IMG/VR virus record: IMGVR_UViG_3300032233_003524
Location: 18,028-82,027 of that record
Length of the DNA: 64,000 nucleotides
Source: a virus
Taxonomy: Duplodnaviria > Caudoviricetes
Reading direction: 5' to 3' (one strand)
The position numbers were made by a program, and so were the translations under genes. Of the stretch, positions 37,288-46,634 are shown in pieces. How positions within the stretch are numbered: the stretch's first letter is position 1; every line of letters starts with the position of its first letter. Below the pieces are notes generated by a model. That model searched no databases and was not told the origin of the DNA. It saw only the letters and a list, made by a program, of their open reading frames with translations.

Positions 37288-38552
37288 AATAGTGCCTCAA
37301 TACAATCAGGGGCAAAAACAGGTATTTTCAATTTATTATAAACTTCTTTTCTTTCTGAAAATGAATCATCAATAAATATTGGCTTTTCATCCACTATATA
37401 ATTAGATTTTAAATCATATTGATTTAATTTAATTATTGAATTAAAAATTTCTGAATTTATTTTATAATTTTTTAATGTATCATACACATCGTATTTATGT
37501 TTAGTTATAAGGTAAATTCTTTTTTTATTATTAATGCAATTATATAAAAATTTTATTAAAGTTTCATTAACTTTATCATTGATAATCAATGTATCATCAA
37601 AGTCTACATAAACACTTTTAAAGTTCAAATCTAATTTTGCCTTAATATTTAGACTTCTATCTATAGAAATATTTATATTATTATTAATAATTTCAATATC
37701 ATCATAAATATAGTTAATAACATTTAAGTAGCCAAAATTTACACCAAGTATTCTGTTTAATGATGAAGATCCCGCAAATCTGCTTGCTATTTCCAATAGC
37801 TTATAGCTATTATTTTTATCTTTTTTTACTTGAAAAAACCAAGCCCCATTTATTTCTATATTGTCATTTATAATATTAGCTATTTTTTCTAACTCTAAAT
37901 CATAAAATGTAGTAGTTCCTACGCTAATACCATTACTTACTCTGGCTCTTTTTCTTGGACCAATAAATTTTAATTTTCTATTTTTTGTGGTAAAACAGTC
38001 AACAGTGTACTCTTCTCCAGGCAAATATTCTAATAGCATATTATTTGGATATTTTTTAGTCCAATATAATAAGTCATCTTTATTTTCAATTTTAACTGTG
38101 CCTCTACTACTAGATCCTATTTCTGGTTTTGAAAAAACTGGATATGTATTAATGTCTTCTTTTTTTAAGATATCTGGTACCCTTAAAAGTTTTTTAAAAT
38201 ATTCATACGTTTTTCTTTTTGATAAGAAAATTTCTGTAGTAGAATAAGGACATGAAATTACAGTACAGCCTAATTCTGATTCATGTTTTTTTAGTTTTTC
38301 TATAGCCAAATCTAAACAAGGATAAATAAAATCTATTTTATAATCTATTACAGTTTTTTTTATAAAATCAATAAAGCTATTTTCACTTATAAAAGGGCAG
38401 CCATCAATATAATTTTTAAAAACATATTGTCCATGATCAGAAACGCTACTTAAACCAATTAAATTAATATCTTTTTGATATTTTAAAGAATTAAAAAGTT
38501 CAAGCGCAATTTCTGAACCACAAGGAAAAACTAATATATTATATTTTTTCAT
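37284..38552 (-). CDS. ATP-grasp enzyme with C-terminal HAD-like domain
   Basis: PVFSKP..GSSSRG, EYLPGEEYTVD, FFQ.K, EIASRFAG; HAD motif VDFDDTL. Confidence 0.8.
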   Translation of the reverse strand: MKKYNILVFPCGSEIALELFNSLKYQKDINLIGLSSVSDHGQYVFKNYIDGCPFISENSFIDFIKKTVIDYKIDFIYPCLDLAIEKLKKHESELGCTVISCPYSTTEIFLSKRKTYEYFKKLLRVPDILKKEDINTYPVFSKPEIGSSSRGTVKIENKDDLLYWTKKYPNNMLLEYLPGEEYTVDCFTTKNRKLKFIGPRKRARVSNGISVGTTTFYDLELEKIANIINDNIEINGAWFFQVKKDKNNSYKLLEIASRFAGSSSLNRILGVNFGYLNVINYIYDDIEIINNNINISIDRSLNIKAKLDLNFKSVYVDFDDTLIINDKVNETLIKFLYNCINNKKRIYLITKHKYDVYDTLKNYKINSEIFNSIIKLNQYDLKSNYIVDEKPIFIDDSFSERKEVYNKLKIPVFAPDCIEALL

Positions 38553-38583
38553 AAGTAATTAGAATTGCCCCTTGAAATTAATA

Positions 38584-39222
38584 TTATCTATTTGCTTTTG
38601 TATAAATATCAAACTTAGATAGATCTGGATATGGCATTTCTAAATCAGGATTATCTTTAGCAGTACCATCTATCTTATAGAATTGATTCATTAAAAGTAA
38701 TCCTCTTGCCGCTAATTCGGGCATCATATAAAAATTCCAACCCAACATATCAAAATGATCATCATGATATGAGCATTCTCTTCTACCGCTATATCTTGCC
38801 CTCTTAAACCACAAATATGCCTCATAATTATCTGTTAGAATTGCTCCGCCCTTACTTAATTTAAAATGCTTATAAGGACCAGTAAATGAGATGCACATAT
38901 GTTGTCCAGGAATATACATATTATGTGTAAACCTTAAAGCACTGTCCCATACATTAGTGGGCTCTAGCCTATAAGCACCTTTAATAGTTTTTCCATCAAC
39001 AGGTGAAAAATTAACTAAACCTCCTGCATGTATAATTTCACATGGAACTGATGGATATGTACGGCTAGGTATAGTTATTTCTTTCCCTTTAATGTTTTCA
39101 TAAGTTAATGCTAAAAATAAAGCATTACTTGCATTATCAAGAGTAACTACATATTTAGCGCCCGTATATTCTGCTAATTTTTCTTCAAATTCTTCAGTGA
39201 TTTTATAAACACCATTTGCCAT
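38584..39222 (-). CDS. Short DegT/DnrJ/EryC1/StrS-family sugar aminotransferase
   Basis: FEEKLAEYTGAKYVV.L.NAS.AL.LAL, PS.TY.SV, SF....K.....KGGAI, GWNFYM.ELAA..L. Confidence 0.8.
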   Translation of the reverse strand: MANGVYKITEEFEEKLAEYTGAKYVVTLDNASNALFLALTYENIKGKEITIPSRTYPSVPCEIIHAGGLVNFSPVDGKTIKGAYRLEPTNVWDSALRFTHNMYIPGQHMCISFTGPYKHFKLSKGGAILTDNYEAYLWFKRARYSGRRECSYHDDHFDMLGWNFYMMPELAARGLLLMNQFYKIDGTAKDNPDLEMPYPDLSKFDIYTKANR

Positions 39223-39310
39223 TGTATACCTTAATATTATTTAAATTATTAAACTCTATTAGCAATATGCTATATAATATATATTATATATCAATATATT
39301 TATTATATCC

Positions 39311-42300
39311 CTATTTAATCCCAAATTCATTTAAATTTATTGCTGCTTGATTTAAATTTAATTTTTCTATTGACTTATGATTAAGCAAATTATGATCATG
39401 AACTATTTGAATTGCTTCTAAATTTTTATATTTTTTACCATCTATTTTGCTTTTAATAGAAGAGTGATCATAATTGTATATCACGCACTCTAAATTTGAA
39501 TCATTTTTTTCAATAACAGAAATAAATGGGCTTGTAATTTTTTTATAAAAATCCTTATAATAACTTATATTATTTATTATAGAGTGCATATGTACATTTT
39601 CAATATCAAAATAAAATTTAGTAATATTAGAATTATTATTTAAATAGTCATTAACATTATTATGTAAATTTTCTATAAAATTATTTTTTATAACATCATC
39701 TCTATCAATTCTTGTCATTAAAATAAAATCATATTTTTCTGGTAAAGAAGAAATATAATTTTTTACAACACTAGTAATTTGAGAGATGTCGTTAACAAAT
39801 AATATTTCTTCATTTTTATTTAATTTGCCGTAATCTTTAATTTCTGAATCTACCAAAGATATTAATCTAAAATTTTTATTAGTCTGATTTTCTAATGATA
39901 CTCTACAATAATTATCATATAAATAAAAACTATTATTTACCCAATTTTCCCAATTCAGTCCAACTTCATGATTTCTATTGTTCCATTTTATGGCAACACG
40001 GCTGATAACTAAATGTAAAAATTTTGAATGATCATTTAATGATATTTTTTGGCAATCAATAGTAGATAATTTTGTTAAATCTGAATCAAAATTATTTTGT
40101 ATTTTTTTACTTATTATATTTTTATATGTAGACCTTAGCTCAGATTGCATCCCCGAATCTTTTGTTTTAGTTAAGTTATTATCATGTATTCTTCGATAGA
40201 AGAGTGGCTTTTTAATTACTAACTCTTTTATATTTTTAAATTTACTTCGCTCTATAAATTCTGCATCAGCGGCACATTTCCAAGGCTCAAACCCATTTAA
40301 ATTTAAAAATATTTCTTTTTTTATACCAAATGTACCGCCAGCACAAGAACTTGATAAGTTATAATATTTATTTATTTTATTTTCAAAATTAATAAAATGA
40401 TATCTTACAGTGTCGAACTGATCTAAATTGCTTACTACTTCATATAATAGTTCAGGACCCATAACATCATCAGCGTCAAAAAACAATATATTTTTGTACA
40501 AGCACTTTTCAACTAAAGTGTTTCTTATAATGTATGGTCCAACATTACTATTAAACCAATAAAAATTTATATTTTTAAATTTTTGTTTATTATTTTCAAA
40601 GAATTTTAAAGTTTCTTGACAGGCATCAATGCCAATTAATATTTCTATTTTTAGATTATTTAATTTTTGGCTTAAGATAGAATTTATACAGTCTTCTAAA
40701 AAAATATTAGCTTTATAAGCTGGTATTATAATTGATAATTTACTTTGATTTAAATTATCTTTAAAAGATAATTCTTGCGTTTCGAATATTACTCTATTTT
40801 TTAAATGCCAATTATTTTTCTGTATTTTTCTATTTATTTTTGAAACATAATCTTTTCTTAAGGCAGATCTTTCATTTGTATCTTTATGAACAGTTAAATT
40901 ATTATCATGTAATCTTCTGTAAAAAAAAGACTTATTTAAATCTATAGAAAATATTCTATTACGCCTAGCTCTTAATTGAAATTCTGTATCTGCCGCACAA
41001 CGCCAATCTTCAAAGCCATTTAATTTTATTAATGTTTGTTTTTTTATCCCAAAAACTCCTTCTCCAATTTTTTTAATAGTAGAAGCTTGGGATATACCTT
41101 TAGAATTAAAAAAATCACAATATTTAAATTTTAATATTGTATTTTCTTTGATATTATTAAAAAAATCTGATATCAAATTTGAATTCATGACATCATCAGC
41201 ATCAAAAAATAAAATATTATCATTAGTTGCAAAATTAATTAAAGTATTTTTAATAATATATGGTCCAATATTATTGCCAAACCAAAATACTCTAAGATTA
41301 GTATAGTTTTTAGCATAAACTTTAAACCAATTTAAAGTCTCTTGGCAATTATCAATACCAACTAATACTTCTACGCCATATTTTTCATTGTTTAATTGAT
41401 TATAAATTGAATCTAAACACTCTTTAATGAAATTTGAAGCTTTAAATGCCGGAATAATAATTGATATATTTTTTTCTTTTATCTTATCGTCACAAGAAAA
41501 ATTATTTTGGTCTATGTCTTTGTTAACAACAGTAGTAGCACTTACTACTAACTCTTCTTTTTCTTCAATTTTTTTTATATTATTTGCCAGCTCATTTTTA
41601 TAGTGAATAAATTGATAATCTACAACTCTTATAAAATTATAAGTTTTTTTATTATTTAATATCCATTTTTTATTTCTTAATTTTTGATTGATTATTTTAA
41701 TATAATTTTGTTTTAATAATGTTCCATTTGTATCTAATTTTAGAGACAGACCATCTTTATGAATTCTTTTATTAAAGAATATTTTTTCTATATTTTTTGA
41801 TGTAATTTTATTATTAACTGTCCTATAATGAAATTCTATGTCTGCTGATGATTTCCAATTTTCAAACCCATTAAGTTTATTAAAAGTTTGCTTTCTTATA
41901 CCAAAATTACTATCAGAAAATACTCTAGAAATAGAGCCTTTACTAATATCTTTTTTTAATTTAAATTCAGAATATTTAAATCTAACAATTAAATTATTTT
42001 TTATATGAAATAAAAAATTGGGTATCATGTTTTTATTCATGATATCATCAGAATCAAAAAATAAAATATTTTCACTTAAACACTGGTCTATTAAAGTGTT
42101 TTTTATAACATAAGGTCCTATATTTTGCTCAAACCAAAATACTTGTAAATTTTTATATTTATAGCTATTTTTTTCTAGCCAATTTAAATCACTAATTGAA
42201 TGATCTATCCCTATTAAGACTTGAATATTTATTCCATTTGCAGACTCATAAATAGAATTTAAACAATCTTCTAAAAACTCAAAAGAGTTATGTGTAGCAA

Positions 42301-42385
42301 TAATAATTGAAATTTCAAAATAGTTTTCAACTAGCGCAGTATTACTAATACTAATATTAGTATTTTTTAAATGATTATTGTTCAT
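39311..42385 (-). CDS. Multidomain glycosyltransferase: three tandem GT2 domains plus a rhamnosyltransferase-like C-terminal domain
   Basis: Three repeats of ISIII.A...CL.SI..LIGID..N.GPY.I.N.L..ILFFD[SA]DD..GFE.W..AD.EF; C-terminal SLENQTNKNF..TRIDRDD. Confidence 0.88.
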   Translation of the reverse strand: MNNNHLKNTNISISNTALVENYFEISIIIATHNSFEFLEDCLNSIYESANGINIQVLIGIDHSISDLNWLEKNSYKYKNLQVFWFEQNIGPYVIKNTLIDQCLSENILFFDSDDIMNKNMIPNFLFHIKNNLIVRFKYSEFKLKKDISKGSISRVFSDSNFGIRKQTFNKLNGFENWKSSADIEFHYRTVNNKITSKNIEKIFFNKRIHKDGLSLKLDTNGTLLKQNYIKIINQKLRNKKWILNNKKTYNFIRVVDYQFIHYKNELANNIKKIEEKEELVVSATTVVNKDIDQNNFSCDDKIKEKNISIIIPAFKASNFIKECLDSIYNQLNNEKYGVEVLVGIDNCQETLNWFKVYAKNYTNLRVFWFGNNIGPYIIKNTLINFATNDNILFFDADDVMNSNLISDFFNNIKENTILKFKYCDFFNSKGISQASTIKKIGEGVFGIKKQTLIKLNGFEDWRCAADTEFQLRARRNRIFSIDLNKSFFYRRLHDNNLTVHKDTNERSALRKDYVSKINRKIQKNNWHLKNRVIFETQELSFKDNLNQSKLSIIIPAYKANIFLEDCINSILSQKLNNLKIEILIGIDACQETLKFFENNKQKFKNINFYWFNSNVGPYIIRNTLVEKCLYKNILFFDADDVMGPELLYEVVSNLDQFDTVRYHFINFENKINKYYNLSSSCAGGTFGIKKEIFLNLNGFEPWKCAADAEFIERSKFKNIKELVIKKPLFYRRIHDNNLTKTKDSGMQSELRSTYKNIISKKIQNNFDSDLTKLSTIDCQKISLNDHSKFLHLVISRVAIKWNNRNHEVGLNWENWVNNSFYLYDNYCRVSLENQTNKNFRLISLVDSEIKDYGKLNKNEEILFVNDISQITSVVKNYISSLPEKYDFILMTRIDRDDVIKNNFIENLHNNVNDYLNNNSNITKFYFDIENVHMHSIINNISYYKDFYKKITSPFISVIEKNDSNLECVIYNYDHSSIKSKIDGKKYKNLEAIQIVHDHNLLNHKSIEKLNLNQAAINLNEFGIK

Positions 42386-42397
42386 GGTAATATATAA

Positions 42398-42406
42398 ATT
42401 ATAACA
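42398..42406 (-). promoter_or_regulatory. Consensus extended -10 TGTTATAAT upstream of the multi-GT gene
   Basis: 12 nt before ATG 42385. Confidence 0.6.
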
Positions 42407-42426
42407 TATATACCTATATAGTCATA

Positions 42427-42594
42427 TTATTGATTTATACTTGGCTTTTTTATTATTAAAATTTCAGTAAATTTTTCTTTCTCAGAGGCATTTGAAAATT
42501 TACACTTTTTACATTTTACTTTTTTTGATACTGCCCTATAATTGCCTACAATGTCTACTTCGCCATTACATAATTTACACTTCAATAATTTCAT
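42427..42594 (-). CDS. Small zinc-ribbon protein (55 aa, not in ORF track)
   Basis: MKLLKCKLCNG..VKCKKCKF..; SD AAGGA. Confidence 0.65.
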   Translation of the reverse strand: MKLLKCKLCNGEVDIVGNYRAVSKKVKCKKCKFSNASEKEKFTEILIIKKPSINQ

Positions 42595-42603
42595 AGATTT
42601 CCT

Positions 42604-43089
42604 TTAAGTAAATAACAATAAATTTTTTAATTTAGGCTCTAAATGTTTTGTATCTAGTTTACAATCTGGATGCTCTTTAATAAATTCTAATATTTTTGCC
42701 CTGCAAGCATTTAACATATCATCTCTAAAATTATTATTTTTTAAATTTATTTTTAATCTAGCAAATCTAATTACTTTTTGTTTTAAATTTCTATCATAAG
42801 AAATATATACTAACCTGCTGCTTCTAGGGGATGAATTAACTCTTACATAATCTTGTAATCCATTATACTCATATTCTAACTCTACAAATGGAACTACAAA
42901 AAGAGTATGGTATCCTTTTACAAATTCAAAATTAGTATAATTACTATTAACAGTTCTCGCACTAAATCCATGATAATATTGGGTGTTATGAACTTTAGCG
43001 TCGGGTATTTTTTCTTTTACAAACTTATATATAAATAAAGACTTTTCTAAATCTATAATTGCTTGATCAATATTTTTTGGCTGTCCCAT
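42604..43089 (-). CDS. Hypothetical protein with C-terminal KLKNLLLFT tag
   Basis: 161 aa ORF. Confidence 0.75.
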   Translation of the reverse strand: MGQPKNIDQAIIDLEKSLFIYKFVKEKIPDAKVHNTQYYHGFSARTVNSNYTNFEFVKGYHTLFVVPFVELEYEYNGLQDYVRVNSSPRSSRLVYISYDRNLKQKVIRFARLKINLKNNNFRDDMLNACRAKILEFIKEHPDCKLDTKHLEPKLKNLLLFT

Positions 43090-43136
43090 AATTAGATTAT
43101 ATATCTAATTATATGAATGCATTCAATATATTTTGT

Positions 43137-43859
43137 CTATAAAACTAAAATAAAATTATTCATTTTAGATTTTTTTACAGATTTTGCAAATTTTTTTATT
43201 TCTTTTATATTTTCACTATCTAACACGGCTTGCTCTAACTTGTTTAAATTAGAATCTTTAAATTTAGATGCAAATAATCTTATGTATAAAAGAGATTTAG
43301 ACTCAATAATTAAGTTTTCAATTTTTTCTAATTGATTTTTATTTTTAGCATGCTTGGCTAATTCAAATAAATATTTAGGATTTTTAGACTCTAAAATAAT
43401 TTTTTCATATTTTTTATAATTAATACTTTTTATATGTTTTATATTTTTTAATAAATTATAAATATATTTTATATTATTTGTTTTTAATATAAAATTTTCT
43501 AATAAATTAATATTTGCTTTTGGTACAAAACATGCAAATTTACAAATATATTTTATATTTTTAGATTTTACAATTATATTTTGTAAAGATTTTATATCTG
43601 ATGTAAAAATATCTTTTGCAAATAAAAAGCAATATTTAGGATCTTTATTTTGCAAAATAATTTTTTGCATTTTATATAATTTATAATTAAAATATATTGA
43701 AAAAAAATATGCAAAACTTGCATTATTATTTTCTTCAATTTTACTTTGAATAGAATCTAATTTTAAATTATTTAAATTATCCATCCCAAATGGCTCAATA
43801 AAATTTAGCCATTTAAAATAGTCTTTTTTTATATCATAATTAAGAGCGTGCTCTTTCAT
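43137..43859 (-). CDS. Helical repeat protein
   Basis: About 26-35 aa repeats of I..S/K.N.KY...FAK. Confidence 0.7.
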   Translation of the reverse strand: MKEHALNYDIKKDYFKWLNFIEPFGMDNLNNLKLDSIQSKIEENNNASFAYFFSIYFNYKLYKMQKIILQNKDPKYCFLFAKDIFTSDIKSLQNIIVKSKNIKYICKFACFVPKANINLLENFILKTNNIKYIYNLLKNIKHIKSINYKKYEKIILESKNPKYLFELAKHAKNKNQLEKIENLIIESKSLLYIRLFASKFKDSNLNKLEQAVLDSENIKEIKKFAKSVKKSKMNNFILVL

Positions 43860-43881
43860 AACTATACATATAACAAAAAAT

Positions 43882-43920
43882 ATAATCGGCTTGATGTTAA
43901 TATTTCATCAAGCCGATTAT
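43882..43920 (-). terminator. Intrinsic terminator after the Hsp20 gene
   Basis: Perfect 15-bp stem ataatcggcttgatg/catcaagccgattat followed by a T-run on the minus strand. Confidence 0.8.
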
Positions 43921-43931
43921 TTAAATATAAT

Positions 43932-44339
43932 TCATTTTACACTAGTGACAGGAATTTTAACAGCTTCTTTTGATTTTTGAGGTTTAGTTGCTAATTTGAT
44001 TGTTAAAACACCATTTTTTAATTCTGCTTTAATATTTTCTGTATCATATTCTTCGGGAACATGAAATGCCTTATTAACCGAATAAGAAGATGTAGCTGTT
44101 TTTCTTTCTCCAGTAATAGTTAAAACATGATGCTCATCAAATTCTACAGCAATATCTTTTTCTTCAATTCCTGGCAAATCTACAGATACAGATAATGACC
44201 CGTCTTCATTTTTTCTATATTCTATACCCAGATTAGAATTGCCAAATGTGTCAGAAAAAAATGCATTAAATAATTGCTTATTTAAATTTCTTCTAGCTGT
44301 CAAATGTTCACTGCCAAATGGACTCCATAAAGATAACAT
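43932..44339 (-). CDS. Small heat-shock protein (Hsp20/alpha-crystallin)
   Basis: DLPGI..DI.V......L.I.GER..F..P...D...I.AELKNGVL.I; SD AGGAGG. Confidence 0.92.
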   Translation of the reverse strand: MLSLWSPFGSEHLTARRNLNKQLFNAFFSDTFGNSNLGIEYRKNEDGSLSVSVDLPGIEEKDIAVEFDEHHVLTITGERKTATSSYSVNKAFHVPEEYDTENIKAELKNGVLTIKLATKPQKSKEAVKIPVTSVK

Positions 44340-44446
44340 ATTACCTCCTATAATAAATTTTTCGTAATTTATATTAGAAAGGTAACGCCATTAATATGGC
44401 ATCAACCCTTTATAATAGAATATATATCATTATTGATTGTAATTTG

Positions 44447-44686
44447 TCACTCTTTAGTATATAGCATAGCCATAAATAAGATTATGGTAGGTATTACTAT
44501 TGACCAAGAAAAATGGCTTCCAGCAAATACAATACATGTATTTTTGCTACTATGGAATGATTGGCTTATAAACGTATATAATCCAATCCAACCAAAAATA
44601 CCTATAATAATTTTCCAAAGTAAACCTTCAACTAAAAGTTTCCATAAAAAAATAATTACTATTAATAAAAATATACTAAATCCCAT
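44447..44686 (-). CDS. Small membrane protein
   Basis: Three hydrophobic segments; SD AGGT. Confidence 0.65.
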   Translation of the reverse strand: MGFSIFLLIVIIFLWKLLVEGLLWKIIIGIFGWIGLYTFISQSFHSSKNTCIVFAGSHFSWSIVIPTIILFMAMLYTKE

Positions 44687-44748
44687 TTTTTTTACCTATA
44701 TACAATATTAAATATTTAATATTTAATGTCAATATGCTTTAAATAAAA

Positions 44749-44776
44749 AAAACATATACTTTAAAGTATATGTTTT
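44749..44776 (-). terminator. Perfect 28-bp palindrome, probable terminator after the Ala-rich lipoprotein
   Basis: aaaacatatacttt/aaagtatatgtttt with T-run on the minus strand. Confidence 0.6.
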
Positions 44777-44806
44777 AATTTAATAAATTAAATTTTAATT
44801 TAAAAA

Positions 44807-45046
44807 TTACTTCTTGACTGCTGGAGCGGCGCTAGCAGCTGGTGCAGCACTTGCTGATGCAGTTGGAGCTGCAGTAGCTGATGCTGTTGCGGCTGCGGCT
44901 GCAGTTGGAGCACTTGACTCTACTGGAGCGGCTGATGCAGTAGATGAAGCACTAGCAGAAGCTGCTGCATCATGTGAGGCACCAGATTGGCAGCCAACGA
45001 GTGAAAGTAAACCAATTCCAACCATAATCATTTTAACGCTGTTCAT
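44807..45046 (-). CDS. Ala/Ser-rich lipoprotein
   Basis: LLSLVGC lipobox then low-complexity ASASA/AAP tail; SD GGAGA. Confidence 0.8.
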   Translation of the reverse strand: MNSVKMIMVGIGLLSLVGCQSGASHDAAASASASSTASAAPVESSAPTAAAAATASATAAPTASASAAPAASAAPAVKK

Positions 45047-45140
45047 TTTATTTTCTCCATTTAAATATTTATCAAAATAGGCTTGATAAAATACTGTACT
45101 ATAAATAATAAATTTAAATAAATTAGCCGATTTAATTTAC

Positions 45141-45464
45141 TTAAAGTTTAGCTTTTAAATAATCTATTAAGCTATTTAAAGGCATAAAGCCTATATTACT
45201 GTCTATTTTATTGCCAGATTTAAAAAAAATCATTGTAGGCACACTTCTTATATGAAATTGCTTACATAAGTTAGGCGAATCATCTATATCCACCTGAACT
45301 ACTTTTAAATTTTTTAAAAATTCATCTGATATTTTTTCTAATACCTTTTCTTGCTCGTTACATGGTCCACACCAATTGGCACCAAATTTTACTAGTACAG
45401 GCATTTCTGAGCACAGTACTTCATCTTCAAAATTAAGATCATTAATTTCTATTAATTTATTCAT
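45141..45464 (-). CDS. trxA: Thioredoxin
   Basis: FGANWCGPC, IRSVPT. Confidence 0.93.
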   Translation of the reverse strand: MNKLIEINDLNFEDEVLCSEMPVLVKFGANWCGPCNEQEKVLEKISDEFLKNLKVVQVDIDDSPNLCKQFHIRSVPTMIFFKSGNKIDSNIGFMPLNSLIDYLKAKL

Positions 45465-45465
45465 A

Positions 45466-46578
45466 TTATTTTTTTATTAAAACATTTTCATTTAATTTTG
45501 TAAAATGATCAAAAAATAACTTACATGAATATAATTTATATTTAGTAATCATTTCAAAATCAAATGAATTATAAAATCCCATTATTTGCATTTCTTTATC
45601 AATTTTATTTTGAATAAAAAAGTTACATAAATTTTCTAAGTATATGAATTTATTTTTTGATTTTGATGAATTATTAATTGTTTTTTGTTTTGCTATATAA
45701 CATGCTGAAACAATAAAAATTAATTTTTCTGTAATGTGTAAACTTTCAAAATTTAAATTTAAGTCACCATTTTCAATTAATGAAACAATAAATGGCTCAA
45801 ATTTTCTATGGTATTCATACCAGATTTTAAATCTTAGTCCAGCTTCATGACCAACATATCCTGATATGATATGTGATATAGTTTCACTATCATTTAATTT
45901 TAAATCTTTTGCTTTTAATAATGAATCTGACGCTAAAGACCATGATCTTGGACTAGGCGATGCATATGACGCATCTTCTAAGTCACCAATTATAAATTCT
46001 GTATTGTTTTTTAAGAAACCTAAAATAAGATCGTGTATTTGATTACTTTTAGCCCAGTCAATCCATTTTTCAAAATTAAATGATAATGTATATTTTGCTC
46101 CTCTATCTAATAATGCAGTACTAATTTTATTAGAGTAAACATTTTCAGATATTAAATTTCCAGTTAGTATACATCCATTAGTATTAATTTTTTTACCATT
46201 AACAGTTCTAAATTGTAGAATTTCTAATAATGGCGCTGTAACTTCTGGTGACGCTTTATCTACTTCATCAAATAAAATCACACAGTCAGGTTTTTGATTC
46301 TCTAAAAGATTAGGCAAATAATATGGAGACTTAAAATAAACAATATCGCTATCTCTCATCATGTCAGGAAATCCTGACAAATCTGTTCGCTCAATTACTG
46401 ATAAATTAATATAGTTAACTTTAAGACCACATTCTTTAATTGCTTGAATTGCAATATGCGTTTTACCAACGCCTTTTTGTCCAAAAAGAAAAATATTTTG
46501 ATTAGAGCGGACAAAAAATTTTGTAAGATTTAAAGCCTGCTCTTGATCAATTGATTGCAGATTCAAATAATTTGACAT
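45466..46578 (-). CDS. MoxR-like AAA+ ATPase, paralog of 53670-54788
   Basis: FGQKGVGKT, FDEVDKA, TGN, LLDR, SPRSW. Confidence 0.85.
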   Translation of the reverse strand: MSNYLNLQSIDQEQALNLTKFFVRSNQNIFLFGQKGVGKTHIAIQAIKECGLKVNYINLSVIERTDLSGFPDMMRDSDIVYFKSPYYLPNLLENQKPDCVILFDEVDKASPEVTAPLLEILQFRTVNGKKINTNGCILTGNLISENVYSNKISTALLDRGAKYTLSFNFEKWIDWAKSNQIHDLILGFLKNNTEFIIGDLEDASYASPSPRSWSLASDSLLKAKDLKLNDSETISHIISGYVGHEAGLRFKIWYEYHRKFEPFIVSLIENGDLNLNFESLHITEKLIFIVSACYIAKQKTINNSSKSKNKFIYLENLCNFFIQNKIDKEMQIMGFYNSFDFEMITKYKLYSCKLFFDHFTKLNENVLIKK

Positions 46579-46634
46579 GATTACCTAATTAAATTATATA
46601 TCATAAATATATGATATGATATGATTTAATTAAG

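Noticed and set aside
44814-45080. Ala-rich plus-strand ORF
   Set aside because: Antisense shadow of the GCN-rich lipoprotein gene, which has the SD and lipobox.
46609-46625. (ATATG)x3 tandem repeat
   Set aside because: Too short and AT-rich to be significant alone; overlaps a promoter region.
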